DNA of 64,000 bases from Podarcis pityusensis (lineage: Eukaryota). The stretch is taken from assembly GCA_964106645.2 (NCBI GenBank), contig OZ067038.1, one strand, 5' to 3'. Of this stretch, positions 41,998 through 54,290 are shown in pieces. Every line of letters begins with the position of its first letter. Position 1 is the first letter of the stretch. The position numbers and the translations under genes were made by a program. The notes under the pieces are model-generated. The model was not told the origin of the DNA, did not search any database, and was given only the letters and a program-made list of their open reading frames with translations.

Positions 41998-43040
41998 CTA
42001 ATGGAAAGGGAAAAACATGGGATGTCAAAGCACACAATCACATTAAAAAGTGAAGTAAAACTCACCGATTCTATCTGGGTTAATCAAAGCTTTAAAACAT
42101 AAGAAAAGTCCAACATCCTGCCCTCACTTTGGCCAACAAGATGCCTATGGGAAACCTGCAAGTATGCATGTAGTATTTAATCTCGTGATATTTGAAGAAA
42201 AACTATGTTTTCAGTTAGGATGCCATTTTGATTTATAGCTTCCAGACTGAAGGTTAAAGGAAAGGTTATCTGCATTTGATCATGGTTGGTCTGTGCTTGT
42301 CTGCTTCTTTCAAGACAAAGGAAGAAAACAGCAGCTATGAAAGGTCAGAGACTATCATTAATTAGTAAATGTTTATGTCCACACTTAGATCCATGCATCA
42401 ACTTACAAACTAGCAGGAAATACTTCTGAAAAGTACCTTCTGTGTGGTAGATAAGATAAAAACAACAACAATGAAGTAACATGACTTTGATAGGACTGGA
42501 ATGCAGATTGCAGCCAAGGTAGTAATTCTCAGTCCACAGTCAGTGGAGAGCTGTCCGCTCATGACTCAAAATGGGTTAACAGTATAGGATCATCTACAGT
42601 TACAGGCAGGTGGGTGCTTTGCTGCGTGGCAAAGAAGCCCACAAAAGTTACAAGCCTGCAATTTTTACCATCGTGCTGAGAGCTGGAAGGAGGAGGACAA
42701 GGAGCTCCATCTCTCCTCTAACCTACTGCATTTCTATGCTGGGCCCAGAAGACAGGGCTTCCTTGCTTTGGCAGCCTACTTAGTTTCTATGCTGGTTGCA
42801 TAGGACGAAAGGAGAGCTCCATCCCTCCTGTGCCTGCCTGCTCTCACAGTGGCCACCTAGATGCCTATGGGATGCCCACATGCAGGACTGAGCATCCTTT
42901 AGGAAAATACTTGTATAGTGCAATTTCGTGTCAAAGGGAAAAAAACACATTAAAAATACATAGTTGACAACCTCTCTCTCCCTCTCATCTATCTATCCAT
43001 CCACACACCCACTATAAAAACAAGAAAAAATTAAACTTAC

Positions 43041-43054
43041 TGATTACCAGCTAA
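43041..43054 (-). CDS. CD44: Candidate CD44 short-tail microexon (gives ...NSRRS*)
   Basis: ttttaaccttgcaactgtaatag|TTAGCTGGTAATCA|gtaagt, about 275 nt downstream of the TM exon. Confidence 0.4.
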
Positions 43055-43328
43055 CTATTACAGTTGCAAGGTTAAAAGATATTCAGAAGCATAAAGAAGT
43101 TCCTTCATTGCTTACTTATTTAAATATTTACCAGCCACACTTTTGTATAAATGCACTATTGTGTGCCTTGACGTATGCTTTTCAATGGACATCTCTTGAA
43201 AGAAGGAGCTGCTTTCTCCTTTGTATTATTTAAAGATGTCAGATCTTGGATCTTGGAATTTCCCAGCAACAAGACTAAAAGAAAGTTCTGGCACTAACCA
43301 GTGGAAATTTACAAAAGCCATTCCTTAC

Positions 43329-43407
43329 CTCCTTCGACTGTTCACAGCAATGCAAACACCAAGTATCAATGCCAGTGCCAAGAGAGAAGCAACTACAATA
43401 AGCCAAT
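43329..43407 (-). CDS. CD44: CD44 transmembrane exon (79 nt)
   Basis: cag|(D)[25 protein letters not shown]|gtaagg. Confidence 0.96.
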
Positions 43408-44314
43408 CTGTGGGTGGAAGTTCGAGGGAGGGAAAAAAACATGGAAACTTTTACTGGCTAGTCATCTGGATAGAGAGTTGACACAGTAGTTGACATAGTA
43501 TCATTAATAACCCCACTTTATTTCCTTAAAGGACCCATGCTTATTGTTTTCTTTCAATGTATGAAGCAACAGAGTGAGGTTTCCTCTCAGGTCTGGCTCA
43601 CAAATATTCTTTCCTCCCCTGCACGCCCATATAAATGGCAAAAATAACTGTATGGAGACTCTTTTGTGAGAAGTGGGAAGCGTACAGAAACCTGATCATA
43701 ACAGCTGGTACACAGCACTGCTGTGACTAAGAAAATGGCTGCTGGTTGTTTCCAGGTTCTTCCTTTGTTATGCTAAGATTTCTCCCCAAGGCTGTGTATC
43801 CACATACAAGACTGCATGAAGGAAATACTTGCAAGGAACTAGCATAGTGCTGCAATATTATTTTTAAAGGTGGGTTCAGCCAGGTGCCTGCCCCCACCCC
43901 TAGACTCCCCATCTCTGACCCAGATAGGATGAGCTAGCAAACAACGATGGTGCTGAAAAGAAACAATAGTAGCTGCTGCCTCCTGCTTCCTCACAGGCTC
44001 TGTCTGGCAGTGGCAACTAGCAACAATGACACTGAGGGAGACCAGTGAGAGTGACTTATCCCCGGGCTCCCCAAGAACTGATAACTAAGTTCCTGAGACT
44101 TTCCCTCCTGTTTCCTGCTACACTGACCTTGCAAATACATGACAAAAATGAAGCCACTTTATAATGAATCTGGTGGCCTATGTAACCAAGTGTTTTCCTT
44201 GTCTGCCTGGCAGAAGATCCTGAAATGTAAGGTGACGGTCTTGCCTAGACTGAACCTTTAACTTAATTTCTCAGTGATTTAACCTAAGAAGTTCTACATG
44301 CAAAGCATCTGGAG

Positions 44315-44522
44315 CTGTGGTTCCCAAAGTGGGGCACACGCCCCACACGGGGGCAATTTGAGAACGAGTTATTAACAGTGAATGGCCTTTTAAGCTTCCT
44401 CCATGTGAATAGGAGTTCACTTCTTAAATAATAAGAATTATATGTCACCGGGGTGGGGTGGGGAATCAGGATTTTAGAGATGCTGAGGTGGGGCATGGCC
44501 ATAAAAAGATTGGGAATCACTG
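44315..44522. mobile_element. hAT-type MITE
   Basis: TIRs ctgtggttcccaa / ttgggaatcactg; imperfect 8-bp TSD atctggag/acctagag. Confidence 0.6.
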
Positions 44523-44622
44523 ACCTAGAGACTCACCACTTCCAGTGGTGGCAGTGAGAGGAGCAATCACAAACCAATAGGACGTTATAATAAACATAAA
44601 TGGTAAAAGTAAAGACACCAAC

Positions 44623-44721
44623 CTGGTATGATAGCCATTCGTGGCTCGCTTTTTGGCGATTCCCCTGTCTGGTCAATGTGTGTCCCTCTTCCGGACCCCT
44701 TCGGGTCATTTGGGTTATCAC
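44623..44721 (-). CDS. CD44: CD44 juxtamembrane constant exon (99 nt)
   Basis: ctag|(G)DNPNDPKGSGRGTHIDQTGESPKSEPRMAIIP|gttggt; the end resembles human ...PIRTPQIP; phase 1-1. Confidence 0.85.
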
Positions 44722-45616
44722 CTAGATAAAAAACAAACAAACATGCATTACTCACAAAACATTAGAGCTGTGTTATATAAATCTGGAGCCCTTGAGTTTT
44801 CACAAACAAAAAAAATACATGATATTGTCAAAGGAAACACAGGTGCGTTGAGTTTCATAACAAGGCCCTATTCCTTGTCACGGGAATGGTAAAGTACAAG
44901 GATACAGCAGTGCTTAAGCTCCATATAAACCATAGTTTCCTCAGAGCTTTCATTTGGGTTTCTCCCTATCACACCTTGTTTGCCAACCATTTCAAAAAGC
45001 CTTCTTTTGTAAAATACTGGCAGGCTATGCTAAGGAAAGGGAATTTTCATTACTCTATGAAAATTAAAATCAGTTTTCCAAACCATGATAAAATGCTTTC
45101 TTCTTTTAAATTTCCAGCTAGTTTATATTTATTGTATTCTTTAGCCCTGTATTTTGAGTTCTTCTGTGAAGTGTATCCCTGTAGCAAGCAGGGTGAAACT
45201 GCCTTTCCATAACACCACATACACTTATCAAATGCATGCAAACACTGCAGACGTTAGCTAATATTGCTATGTGTAATTGTTTGTAGTGATACTTATAGAA
45301 ATATGTATTAATCTGTTATAATTTGAAAATAGTTCCCATAAGTGAGAAAAGGGAGAAAAATCAACTAATCTCCAAAACTGGAGAGACAGAAAGATTGTTG
45401 AGAAATGATCACACAACTTCCTTCGACTAGTGCAAACGCATTCATTAAAATCAGAGTTTGATCATGCATCTTTGCAAGAAGTCATGAAATAAACAGAATG
45501 TAATCACAGTGAGATTTCCATCTAAAAGCTATTTGTTTCCACACCACATTTCCCCAGGATTTTGATGTATGGAAAAGTAAAGGTTAGCTGAAGTTCCTGG
45601 AATTTATAACTCTTAC

Positions 45617-45802
45617 TGGCAGTAGGCGATGATGGATGTCTGTCAGAACCACTGTCAATTTCAGGAAAAACTCCAGGTAATACATAATCTTGAGTGCCAT
45701 TTACAAGAGGCTCATCTTCAGTGCTCCATTCAGGACGCAATCCATGTAACTGTGGATCTTGTGTTGATTCTTCAGTTTTGGTTCCATCCTTTGAGACTAC
45801 TG
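45617..45802 (-). CDS. CD44: CD44 repeat cassette exon R11 (186 nt)
   Basis: acaacag|AVVSKDGTKTEESTQDPQLHGLRPEWSTEDEPLVNGTQDYVLPGVFPEIDSGSDRHPSSPTA|gtaaga. Confidence 0.8.
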
Positions 45803-47281
45803 CTGTTGTAATGATGGTTGAATTAACTATTAACTATCAATTAACCTTGAAATTTGCAGAATTAAAACCGGTTTGTTTTTTTGTTTTACAAAATTCCTAC
45901 TATACTGAAAGTTTAAAAAGAACAAAATAGGGAAGGTTGCAATGTTTCTGATCTGCTCATGAAACCTTCCAGTAGTAATGGACAGAGACTCAAGTGATCA
46001 ACAGCCAGAAGCAGCTCAGATCAAAGTAACATTGGATCCAAGGACCATTTGGCAAAAGATGCCACATTAGAGTGTGCATACACATGGAAATATTGTCTAA
46101 TAATAAAATTCATGCATGGCTCCTGCTAGCAAGCCCATTAACCCACACCACGCTTGGGAAGTAAGGTGTTGTCATTTCCTTCCCTTTTTCAAAACTTAAA
46201 CAAACCCACTGGCTCAAATTCTGTCCGATTTTTATCTCTACAGAGATAAATATTCAAGAAATGTAAAGCACACCAGCAGTTTGGAAAGCCCAAGAATATG
46301 CCAGGAACAACAAAGTGAAATGAATAATCAATATATCAGTTCTTACTACAGATATTAGGAGATGCTCTAATTGTCTACCTAAAAAGAAACACTAGCCACT
46401 GAAACTAGGAAGGAAACGAGTCTCTAAAGTACACCAAAAACTTCAACACACTGCCATGTTTAAGCAAGGATCCTGCAAAACTTTACATCTTGGCATTAAT
46501 ACTGACATAAAGACAGCATTTAAAGACATCACTAGGCTCTCAAGTAGGAGATGTAACAGCAGACAGCATAATAGATACATTTTGTGAAGGATCATTAGCT
46601 TCACATGATAGCAAAATGACATAATTGAAACAATAAATGCAAATATTTGCAGACCGGAATAGAGAAATCATGACCTAAATTGTTTTAGAAAATTATTCCC
46701 CTGTACATATCATACTCTCCCGCCCCCCCCCCCCGCCCCCGCAAAAAACAACAACATATGTTTGGGAAACAGTCAATTTGATCACAACTCAAAATGCAAT
46801 ACTCCTTCAACAAATTTACGTTGTGTAAACCTGCAGTGCCTGGCAAACAGACAAGTACTTCTCACAATCTTGGTGGCTATCAAAATGGTCATGGCTATCA
46901 CAATCACATGTGCTCCATTAGCCACAATTAAAGAATATTAAGCAAGGAATTTTGACAGGGAAATTTCAAAACTGAAGTTCAAAGATATGGAAATGTCATT
47001 AGGCTGCAACTGCTTACAAATGATTTTATGACATTATTTTATGAGGTGATCTCCACATGGCACAGTCCCCAAGTAGCAACTTCAACACATTCATTTTACC
47101 AATAAGGTCCTGGCCAAGGTAACAATTTAGTTTCTGTTCCTCGACCTTATATAAGTTCAGGTTACATGCAATTTAATTTTCGGTGTCTGTTTTAAAATAG
47201 ACATGAAAATTAACAACATGAGATTATCTCACCTAAGATAGACAGGGTTAAAAGGAATCCCACCACCATTCTACTGAATAC

Positions 47282-47428
47282 CTGTATGATCAGTATTATT
47301 TTTTTGACTTATTCCTCTTCGAGGAACAATTCCAGGAACTAAGACATCTGCTGTTGATTTCGTCGTGTATTTGTCTTCATGACCCCATTGCCTCACTGGT
47401 TCTGGGGTTGAATCTTCTTTGGCCACAT
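47282..47428 (-). CDS. CD44: CD44 repeat cassette exon R10 (147 nt)
   Basis: catag|DVAKEDSTPEPVRQWGHEDKYTTKSTADVLVPGIVPRRGISQKNNTDHT|gtattc; not in the ORF track. Confidence 0.72.
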
Positions 47429-48578
47429 CTATGGCAATGGTAAATGAATTGAGATTGTAAAAATAGCAAAACTATTAGCTGCTTTTCACTCTGATCCACT
47501 GACTTCTTACTCTACCAGCAGAATATTTCTATCCAAACAACATGCTGGGATGCCAGATTTGCTACAATTCAGAAATTCCAAAAGACTTTGACAGTGATCT
47601 GGCTGCCCCCTTGGTTTTATTTTCTGACCCAACATCTGACATCACCAGCTGACACTGACAGCTGATTAGGCATACAGAAAATTTCATCAACTTGACAATG
47701 ACATTTGTGTTATATACTTTTGATGGAAGAGAAAACTATTCATGAGCTACAGCCAAGTACTTGTCAGTTGTGGATGAGAGCCCACGTTCTTCAACCTTCT
47801 GCTCTCTACTCACCACTCCCTTTCTCACACACTCATTTCAACTCTTCTACAGGTTTTAACATGGGCTAATTTTATTATAAATCATGTCATAATTAAATGA
47901 TCATCACAGCAAACATCATTATTTGACTCTGGGTGATTGGCATATGCAAATAATAATCATAATGAATGAGATATAAAGAATTAAAATGTAAGACTTAGTT
48001 TCAGAACCATATTTGTATATCTTGTTTGTTTATGTTCTACAAGCTCTACACATGATCAGAAATTTAAACCAAAGGACATTATGCCCTACAGACTAGCTTG
48101 AGAACAAAACAAAACATCAGCATAGAAATATCTGGTCAGGTACTATCAAGTTCTTGTGTCGTGGAATGAATGCTATTGTCTATATTGCCAGGCCTGTTTT
48201 TTCTGGAGCCTGCTATATAAACTTGATGGGAGGAACATCTCCTTTAATTGGGGTTTGCATAAAATCAACTCTTAGAACAGGAGTTGTTCCTTATTATTAT
48301 TAAGGAACAGCAAGCTTGCCTCTAGTGAGAGAACTTTTAATTCTAATTTTCAGAAGGCTATGCCTCAGTACAATTTATGCCCTAATCCCTATTTTGAACA
48401 AATCACTTGTCCTTGTCATGTATCATTGCCTAAAAATATCCCCATAGGGCACTTTCAACTCTCAGAGGCTAGAGCTAACATTCAAAAGTTACAGATAGGT
48501 AGCCGTGTTGGTCTGCCATAGTCAAAATAAAAAAAATCCTTCCAGTAGCACCTTTAAGACCAACTAAGTTAGTTCTTG

Positions 48579-48616
48579 GTATGAGCTTTCGTGTGCAAGC
48601 ACACTTCTTCAGATAC
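48579..48616 (-). ncRNA. Minimal type I hammerhead ribozyme motif (inverted copy, sense to CD44)
   Basis: Exact reverse complement of 49555-49592. Confidence 0.6.
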
Positions 48617-49554
48617 ACTGAAACAGAAGTTGCCAGATCCTTCTATATAGTGAGAAGGTGGGGAGGGGTATTACTCAGACAGGTGGTGGGAATGGGAGAT
48701 TGGCAGATAGCTGGGATGAGCCTGCTGACGACTCTTAACGACTGTAATGGGTCTTACAGGAAAAGGCAAGGGGTGAGAAGGTGAGAAATGGCTTAGTCAT
48801 GTATAATGGGATAAGAATCCAATGTCTTTGTTCAAACCAGGTTTCTCCATGGTTTCCCATTGCCTACAGACAGCCACCCAATCTTAAACAACTCCTAACC
48901 CACAATAATACTACAACCAGACTTAACACGGACACTGGCACCAGAGCCTGCAATAAACCCAGATGCCAACTTTGCTGCCACATACACCCGGACAACACCA
49001 TTACTGGCCCCAACAACATCACACATACCATCTCGGGACTATTCAATTGCTCATCATCTAACATTGTGTATGGCATCAAATGCCAACAGTGTCCTTCAGC
49101 TCTCTATATTGGACAAACAGGCCAAACCTTACGCCAAAGAATAAATGGACATAAATCTGACATCAAGAATCACAAAACAGAGAAACCAGTAGGAGAACAC
49201 TTTAATCTCCCAGGACATTCTATACAAGATCTCAAAGTAGCTGTTTTACTACAAAGGAATTTCAGAAATAGACTGGAAAGAGAAGCTGCTGAATTGCAAC
49301 TCATTACCAAACTTAAAACCATGGAGAAACCTGGTTTGAACAAAGACATTGGATTCTTATCCCATTATACATGACTAAGCCATTTCTCACCTTCTCACCC
49401 CTTGCCTTTTCCTGTAAGACCCATTACAGTCGTTAAGAGTCGTCAGCAGGCTCATCCCAGCTATCTGCCAATCTCCCATTCCCACCACCCTTCTGAGTAA
49501 TACCCCTCCCCACCTTCTCACTATATAGAAGGATCTGGCAACTTCTGTTTCAGT

Positions 49555-49592
49555 GTATCTGAAGAAGTGTGCTTGCACACGAAAGCTCATAC
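49555..49592 (+). ncRNA. Minimal type I hammerhead ribozyme motif in the Penelope pLTR
   Basis: GTAT-CTGAAGA-A-GTGTG(cttg)CACAC-GAAA-GC-TC-ATAC: stem I, CUGANGA core, stem II, GAAA, palindromic mini stem III, UC site. Confidence 0.65.
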
Positions 49593-49918
49593 CAAGAACT
49601 AACTTAGTTGGTCTTAAAGGTGCTACTGGAAGGATTTTTTTTATTCAAAAGTTAAAATCAGAGGATTTCCTAAAGCATGAGACATCAATCCCAAAGAATC
49701 AGTCCCTCTCAAATTGCCCGAAAACAGCAACCTTATGTTAAAAGGAACAAATAATATTCTTAGGTTAGAATTCCAACCTTAAAATCTAGACATTAATCAA
49801 CATTTCCATTTGGTGGAAAGGCGGGGTACAGATTTAAAGAACGACAAATGCTTTGTTTCAAAAACAGTGCTTCATTTCATACATTGTGATGAAATGAATA
49901 GATTATTCAGCGCAATAC

Positions 49919-50071
49919 CTGTTTGTTTGCTTTCACTATCTGAATCAACTCCCATCGGTATACCATCTCTAGAAGTATTTGTGGGATATATTTCTTCAGC
50001 ATCCCAGCCTGGCTGATGAATGGGAGGTAATGGTTGTTGAGTTGAGTCTTCATGATCGTTGTGTATGACAG
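49919..50071 (-). CDS. CD44: CD44 repeat cassette exon R9 (153 nt)
   Basis: aaacag|AVIHNDHEDSTQQPLPPIHQPGWDAEEIYPTNTSRDGIPMGVDSDSESKQT|gtattg. Confidence 0.78.
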
Positions 50072-50331
50072 CTGTTTGGTGAATCAATGATGAACTTAGG
50101 TTTGGACGTGTTAAAATACAAAATGATGGTTTTTGCAAGCCACTCCCCTCCCAATAACTCACTGCGCAATGTTCTCAGCTTTACTCATATTTACATGCAA
50201 TTACATTTCTTGTGCACCTTACATGTTCAACTATATTTACTGACTGAAAATAAGAATCCAGTTGTGAGCAATGTGATTCCCCACACCATCACCAATCACC
50301 ACATAATTAAGAATGGATCTGCCACAACTAC

Positions 50332-50511
50332 CTGTATGATAGAAATTATCTATGTTATTGTTTCCAGCTGGAGGAATAACTTCTATGGGTACTTCATCCT
50401 TCGTGCTGTTTGTAGAATAATCATCTTCTCTACCCGATTCATGATGTATATCATGTACCGTTGGATCACGAGTAGCAACTTCATGTTTGATATCATCACT
50501 GGAACCCACAG
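50332..50511 (-). CDS. CD44: CD44 repeat cassette exon R8 (180 nt)
   Basis: catag|AVGSSDDIKHEVATRDPTVHDIHHESGREDDYSTNSTKDEVPIEVIPPAGNNNIDNFYHT|gtagtt. Confidence 0.78.
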
Positions 50512-50936
50512 CTATGATAATGATGGTTGGGTTGGGTTAATGTTAAGTGTTCTGTAACATTTGCAGAACTACATCCCACATGATTTGCTTAGCATCGCAT
50601 TTAATTTTTTTAAATTAGTATTGCTAATGGATATCCATTACCACATTTTAGTGGATCTCAATGCAAATTTAGTTTCCTTACAAACCAGGACACAAAAGGA
50701 ATATAATTCATTTGGAATATATCAACAGAATGAAAAAACAAAAACAAAACAAAAATGCACACTTCCTCTTTATAGTTACATGAAATGTTTTCTTTTTATT
50801 CTAACTTTCTGATAGAGGAATACTACTAAGTAGCAAGTTATCTCTAGATATTTGCAGTGTATTTTATTGTTACTTAAAAGCTTTACTGTGTGCATGAATG
50901 AAAAATGGATGTTCAAGGCTTATCCCATAACTATAG

Positions 50937-51290
50937 GTAAAGGTAAAGGGACCCCTGACCATTAGGTCTAGTTGTGGCCGACTCTGGGGTTGCGGCGCTC
51001 ATCTCGCTTTATCAGCCGAGGGAGCCGGCATACAGCTTCTGGGTCATGTGGCCAGCATGACTAAGCCACTTCTGGCGAACCAGAGCAGCGCACGGAAACG
51101 CCATTTACCTTCCCGCCAGAGCGGTACCAATTTATCTACTTGCACTTTGATGTGCTTTCGAACTGCTAGGTTGGCAGGAGCATGGACCGAGCAACAGGAG
51201 CTCACCCCATCGCGGGGATTCAAACTACCAACCTTCTGATCGGCAAGCCCTAGGCTCTGTGGTTTAACCCACAGCACCACCCGCGTCCCA
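50937..51290 (-). mobile_element. Sauria SINE (Squam1)
   Basis: Reverse complement of 4277-4625; (ACCTTT)n tail; TSD taactatag at 50928-50936 and 51294-51302. Confidence 0.9.
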
Positions 51291-51443
51291 CCTTAACTAT
51301 AGACCACTGCTATTCCAATGATGCTGGAATCAAGTTTAAATATTATGATTGCATGGCCAGTTCTCATATCAATTACAGACCATTGTGCCATATCATGACA
51401 CGAGTATCTTCCTTGTTTTGTTTAATGTCAATGAATTTCTATA

Positions 51444-51623
51444 CAGTGGTACTTCGGGTTACAGACTCCACTAACCCAGAAGTAGTACCTCGGGTTAAGA
51501 ACTTTGCCCCAGGATGAGAACAGAAATTGCGCACAAGCTAAGGTGGTACCTCAGGTTAAGAAAGGTTTCAGGTTAAGAACAGACCTCCGGAACGAATTAA
51601 GTTCGTAACTCGAGGTACCACTG
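51444..51623. mobile_element. Tc1/mariner (Tigger/pogo-like) MITE
   Basis: TIRs cagtggtac / gtaccactg with TA TSD. Confidence 0.85.
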
Positions 51624-51737
51624 TAATTGATTTCAGTAAGATTAAAATTGCAACCTGTTATCTAGCTCAATACAGCAGCCTAATTCATCTAGAACGTAAC
51701 AAAGAGAATATCTGAATTTTCTTCTTCTTGCTTGTAC

Positions 51738-51902
51738 CTATATGTGAAGTTTCATTTCCATGCACGTATTCAACTGAAGAAATAATTCCAGGTACAAAAT
51801 AATCTGTTGACGTGTTTGAAGGATGCCTGTGTTCATTGTTCTGGCCAGGATGTGCTTCTTGAGTAGAATCTTCATGGTCACTACCACCATCAGAGACCAC
51901 AG
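51738..51902 (-). CDS. CD44: CD44 repeat cassette exon R7 (165 nt)
   Basis: gacag|AVVSDGGSDHEDSTQEAHPGQNNEHRHPSNTSTDYFVPGIISSVEYVHGNETSHI|gtacaa. Confidence 0.78.
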   Translation of the reverse strand: MWSLMVVVTMKILLKKHILARTMNTGILQTRQQIILYLELFLQLNTCMEMKLHI

Positions 51903-52009
51903 CTGTCACAATATAGTTAGATCATTCATTCATTCATTTATTACAATGCTTATGTAATCTATTACGAAATTGTTTACTGAGAGGCACATTACCTGGCCTT
52001 CTACTGCAC

Positions 52010-52250
52010 ATAGATTCAAGTTACAAGAAAGGAGATTCCAGCTAAACATTAGGAAGAACTTTCTGACAATAGGAGTAGCCTAACAGTGGAACGGACTCCC
52101 TTAGTAGGTGAGGGACTCTCCTTCACTGGAGGTTTTTAAGCAGAGATTAGATGGTCAACTGTTGTGGAAACTTTTGTTGAGATTCCTGCATTGCAGGGAC
52201 TTGGACCAGATGGCCTTTGGGGGTCCCCTCCAACTCTATAATTCTATGGT
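52010..52250 (+). mobile_element. CR1 LINE 3' fragment
   Basis: aggaagaactttctgac...tctccttcactggaggtttttaagcagag...ccaactctataattctatg is a typical CR1 3' end. Confidence 0.8.
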
Positions 52251-52882
52251 TATGTATTGGGAGGCTTCTGACTCTTTCTAAATAATACATATGTTAGCCC
52301 ATCAGCATCCCTAAAGGGCATGTTGATGGCAGAATTTCCTTCAAAAGATTTCAATGAAACAGATTAGTTTAACATAAAAAAAAAATTGTATCTCTACAAG
52401 ACTATTCATGTACAGTTTTGTTTTGTTTTTGTAACTTGGAGGCGTAATGCCAAGTAGCCCTTCAGCCCTAGATTTATTTGTATTTTACCTGTCCTTACTA
52501 CTCCACCACTAAATTACTCCATTCATCTGACAGATGCTAAGTCAGTGGTCATTGTCATCCCTGAAAGTCGCAGTTATGGCAATTTATTTCTGTACTTTCT
52601 GCATTTATACACCCACCTTCTCACAGTGACTCATAAAAAACACACACCTGGGTTTGAAGGCTAAGTATGGAGAGTCGTCTCCTGTAATTACTGACTCTGC
52701 TTTTAAGTGGGTTATGAACACCATTATTTTGTTGCAAATGAATGGAACTTTATTATCAACTGGCAGAGAGAATGAGAGTAGTTGGGATAGCTCTTCAAAT
52801 GGAGTACGGTGACAATGCAGTACATTTGAAAAATAATACAAAGAACTGCAAATTTATTAAAGTTCTATTTCCTGGGAGGTAC

Positions 52883-53056
52883 CTGTATGATGCGTCTCCT
52901 TTTCATGCTTTCCTTCACTTGAAAGAATAATTATAGGTGGGATATTATCCACAGTTGTGTTTGTGGTATCTTCATCTTCACTTTCCCACCCAGGATGCAT
53001 TGCATGTGGTTTTTGTGTGGTGTCTTCCTGCTTGCCATTATCACTGGAGGCAACAG
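52883..53056 (-). CDS. CD44: CD44 repeat cassette exon R6 (174 nt)
   Basis: acaacag|AVASSDNGKQEDTTQKPHAMHPGWESEDEDTTNTTVDNIPPIIILSSEGKHEKETHHT|gtacct. Confidence 0.78.
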
Positions 53057-53536
53057 CTGTTGTAATGATGGTTTGAATATTTTTCAAATGTTACATAGGT
53101 ATCGTTCTTTTCATCAGTTCTTACTAAGTGCTATGTTTTGTTGAATTGAATCAATATCGTATTAGGTTTTTAAGTATAATTACATTTAGTCTGATGGCAT
53201 TTACCTACTATGATTTACAGTTCAAGTACCTTTCATCCAACACCAGAAGAATTAAAAGCCATTAGAATTCCTGTACTTGGAAGACACCCAAGGAGATGTT
53301 TCCATTTCAAGACTGCTTCAACTTGGAAGAGTTATTTCAGGCAGGAGATAATCTCAAGCAGCAAACAAATTTTGCATACTTTTTCATCACACCATGCTTC
53401 CTGTGTTTAGTGAAAGTCCATTTATTTAAATGGAGTCAGGATTACATCTTTACATAGTTTGAGATAGATTCTAATTTATCTAGAGAGATTACTGAAAAAA
53501 GAAGTAAAATGTTTTTACTATTTTTCCAGTCAATAC

Positions 53537-53716
53537 CTGTGTCTGAACGTTCATTTTCATGCTCACTTTCAGCTGCATGAAGAATTCCAGGCAGCAAATG
53601 ATTTCCAGATGTGTTTGTGAGATGTTTTTCTTCATTATCCTGTCCAGAATGCTCACTGTGCAACATTGTATCCTGACCGGAATCTTCATAGTCAGTGCTA
53701 TCACTGGAGACTACTG
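53537..53716 (-). CDS. CD44: CD44 repeat cassette exon R5 (180 nt)
   Basis: taacag|AVVSSDSTDYEDSGQDTMLHSEHSGQDNEEKHLTNTSGNHLLPGILHAAESEHENERSDT|gtattg. Confidence 0.78.
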
Positions 53717-53899
53717 CTGTTACAAAGATGGCTGGGTCAGTTTTGAATTCTCTGCTTTCACATGCGCTTCACTAAGTGCAATTCTACTTAACCCTAACAT
53801 GGAAAGTGGAAATCAGTAACCACAATAGCCGTTTTAGATGAGACAGAACTATAGCTCTATCCAAAACGTATTCTATAGCTATAAAATCTACACAGAAAA

Positions 53900-54243
53900 C
53901 AGGGCCAGTATACCTGAATGAGCGTCTCCACCCCCATCGTTCTGCCCGGACACTGAGGTCCAGCGCCGAGGGCCTTCTGGCGGTTCTCTCGCTGCGAGAA
54001 GCAAAGTTACAGGGAACCAGGCAGAGGGCCTTCTCAGTAGTGGCACGCGCCCTGTGGAATGCCCTCCCACCAGATGTCAAAGAACAAACAACTATCTGAC
54101 GTTTAGAAGGCATCAGAAGGCAGCCCTGTTTAGGGACGTTTTTAATGACTGATGTTTTAATGTATTTTTAATCTTTTGTTGGATGCCACCCAGAGTGGCT
54201 GGGGAAACACAACCAGATGGGGGGTTATTATTATTATTATTAT
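53900..54243 (+). mobile_element. L2-clade LINE 3' fragment
   Basis: Same family as the 3' end of 2530-4207; (TTA)n tail. Confidence 0.85.
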
Positions 54244-54290
54244 TTCTAATTTAGCTAAAAGATTTAATGATAATGAATCACTGCCTGTAC

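Larger units (their letters stand above)
48492..49642 (+). mobile_element. 5'-truncated Penelope-like element: GIY-YIG endonuclease with inverted pLTR arms
   Basis: ORF 48781-49374 has NIVYGIKC..C...YIGQT...LRQRINGH (GIY-YIG); ~48525-48856 is a near-perfect inverted copy of ~49316-49642; 12-bp TSD attcaaaagtta at 48480-48491 and 49643-49654. Confidence 0.92.

Noticed and set aside
44531-44622. Strong GTGAGT donor downstream of the CD44 juxtamembrane exon
   Set aside because: Extension to it hits an in-frame stop, and no separate acceptor is evident.
48581-49590. Twin 67-aa ORFs on opposite strands, and the N-terminus of ORF 48781
   Set aside because: Artefacts of the Penelope inverted repeat.
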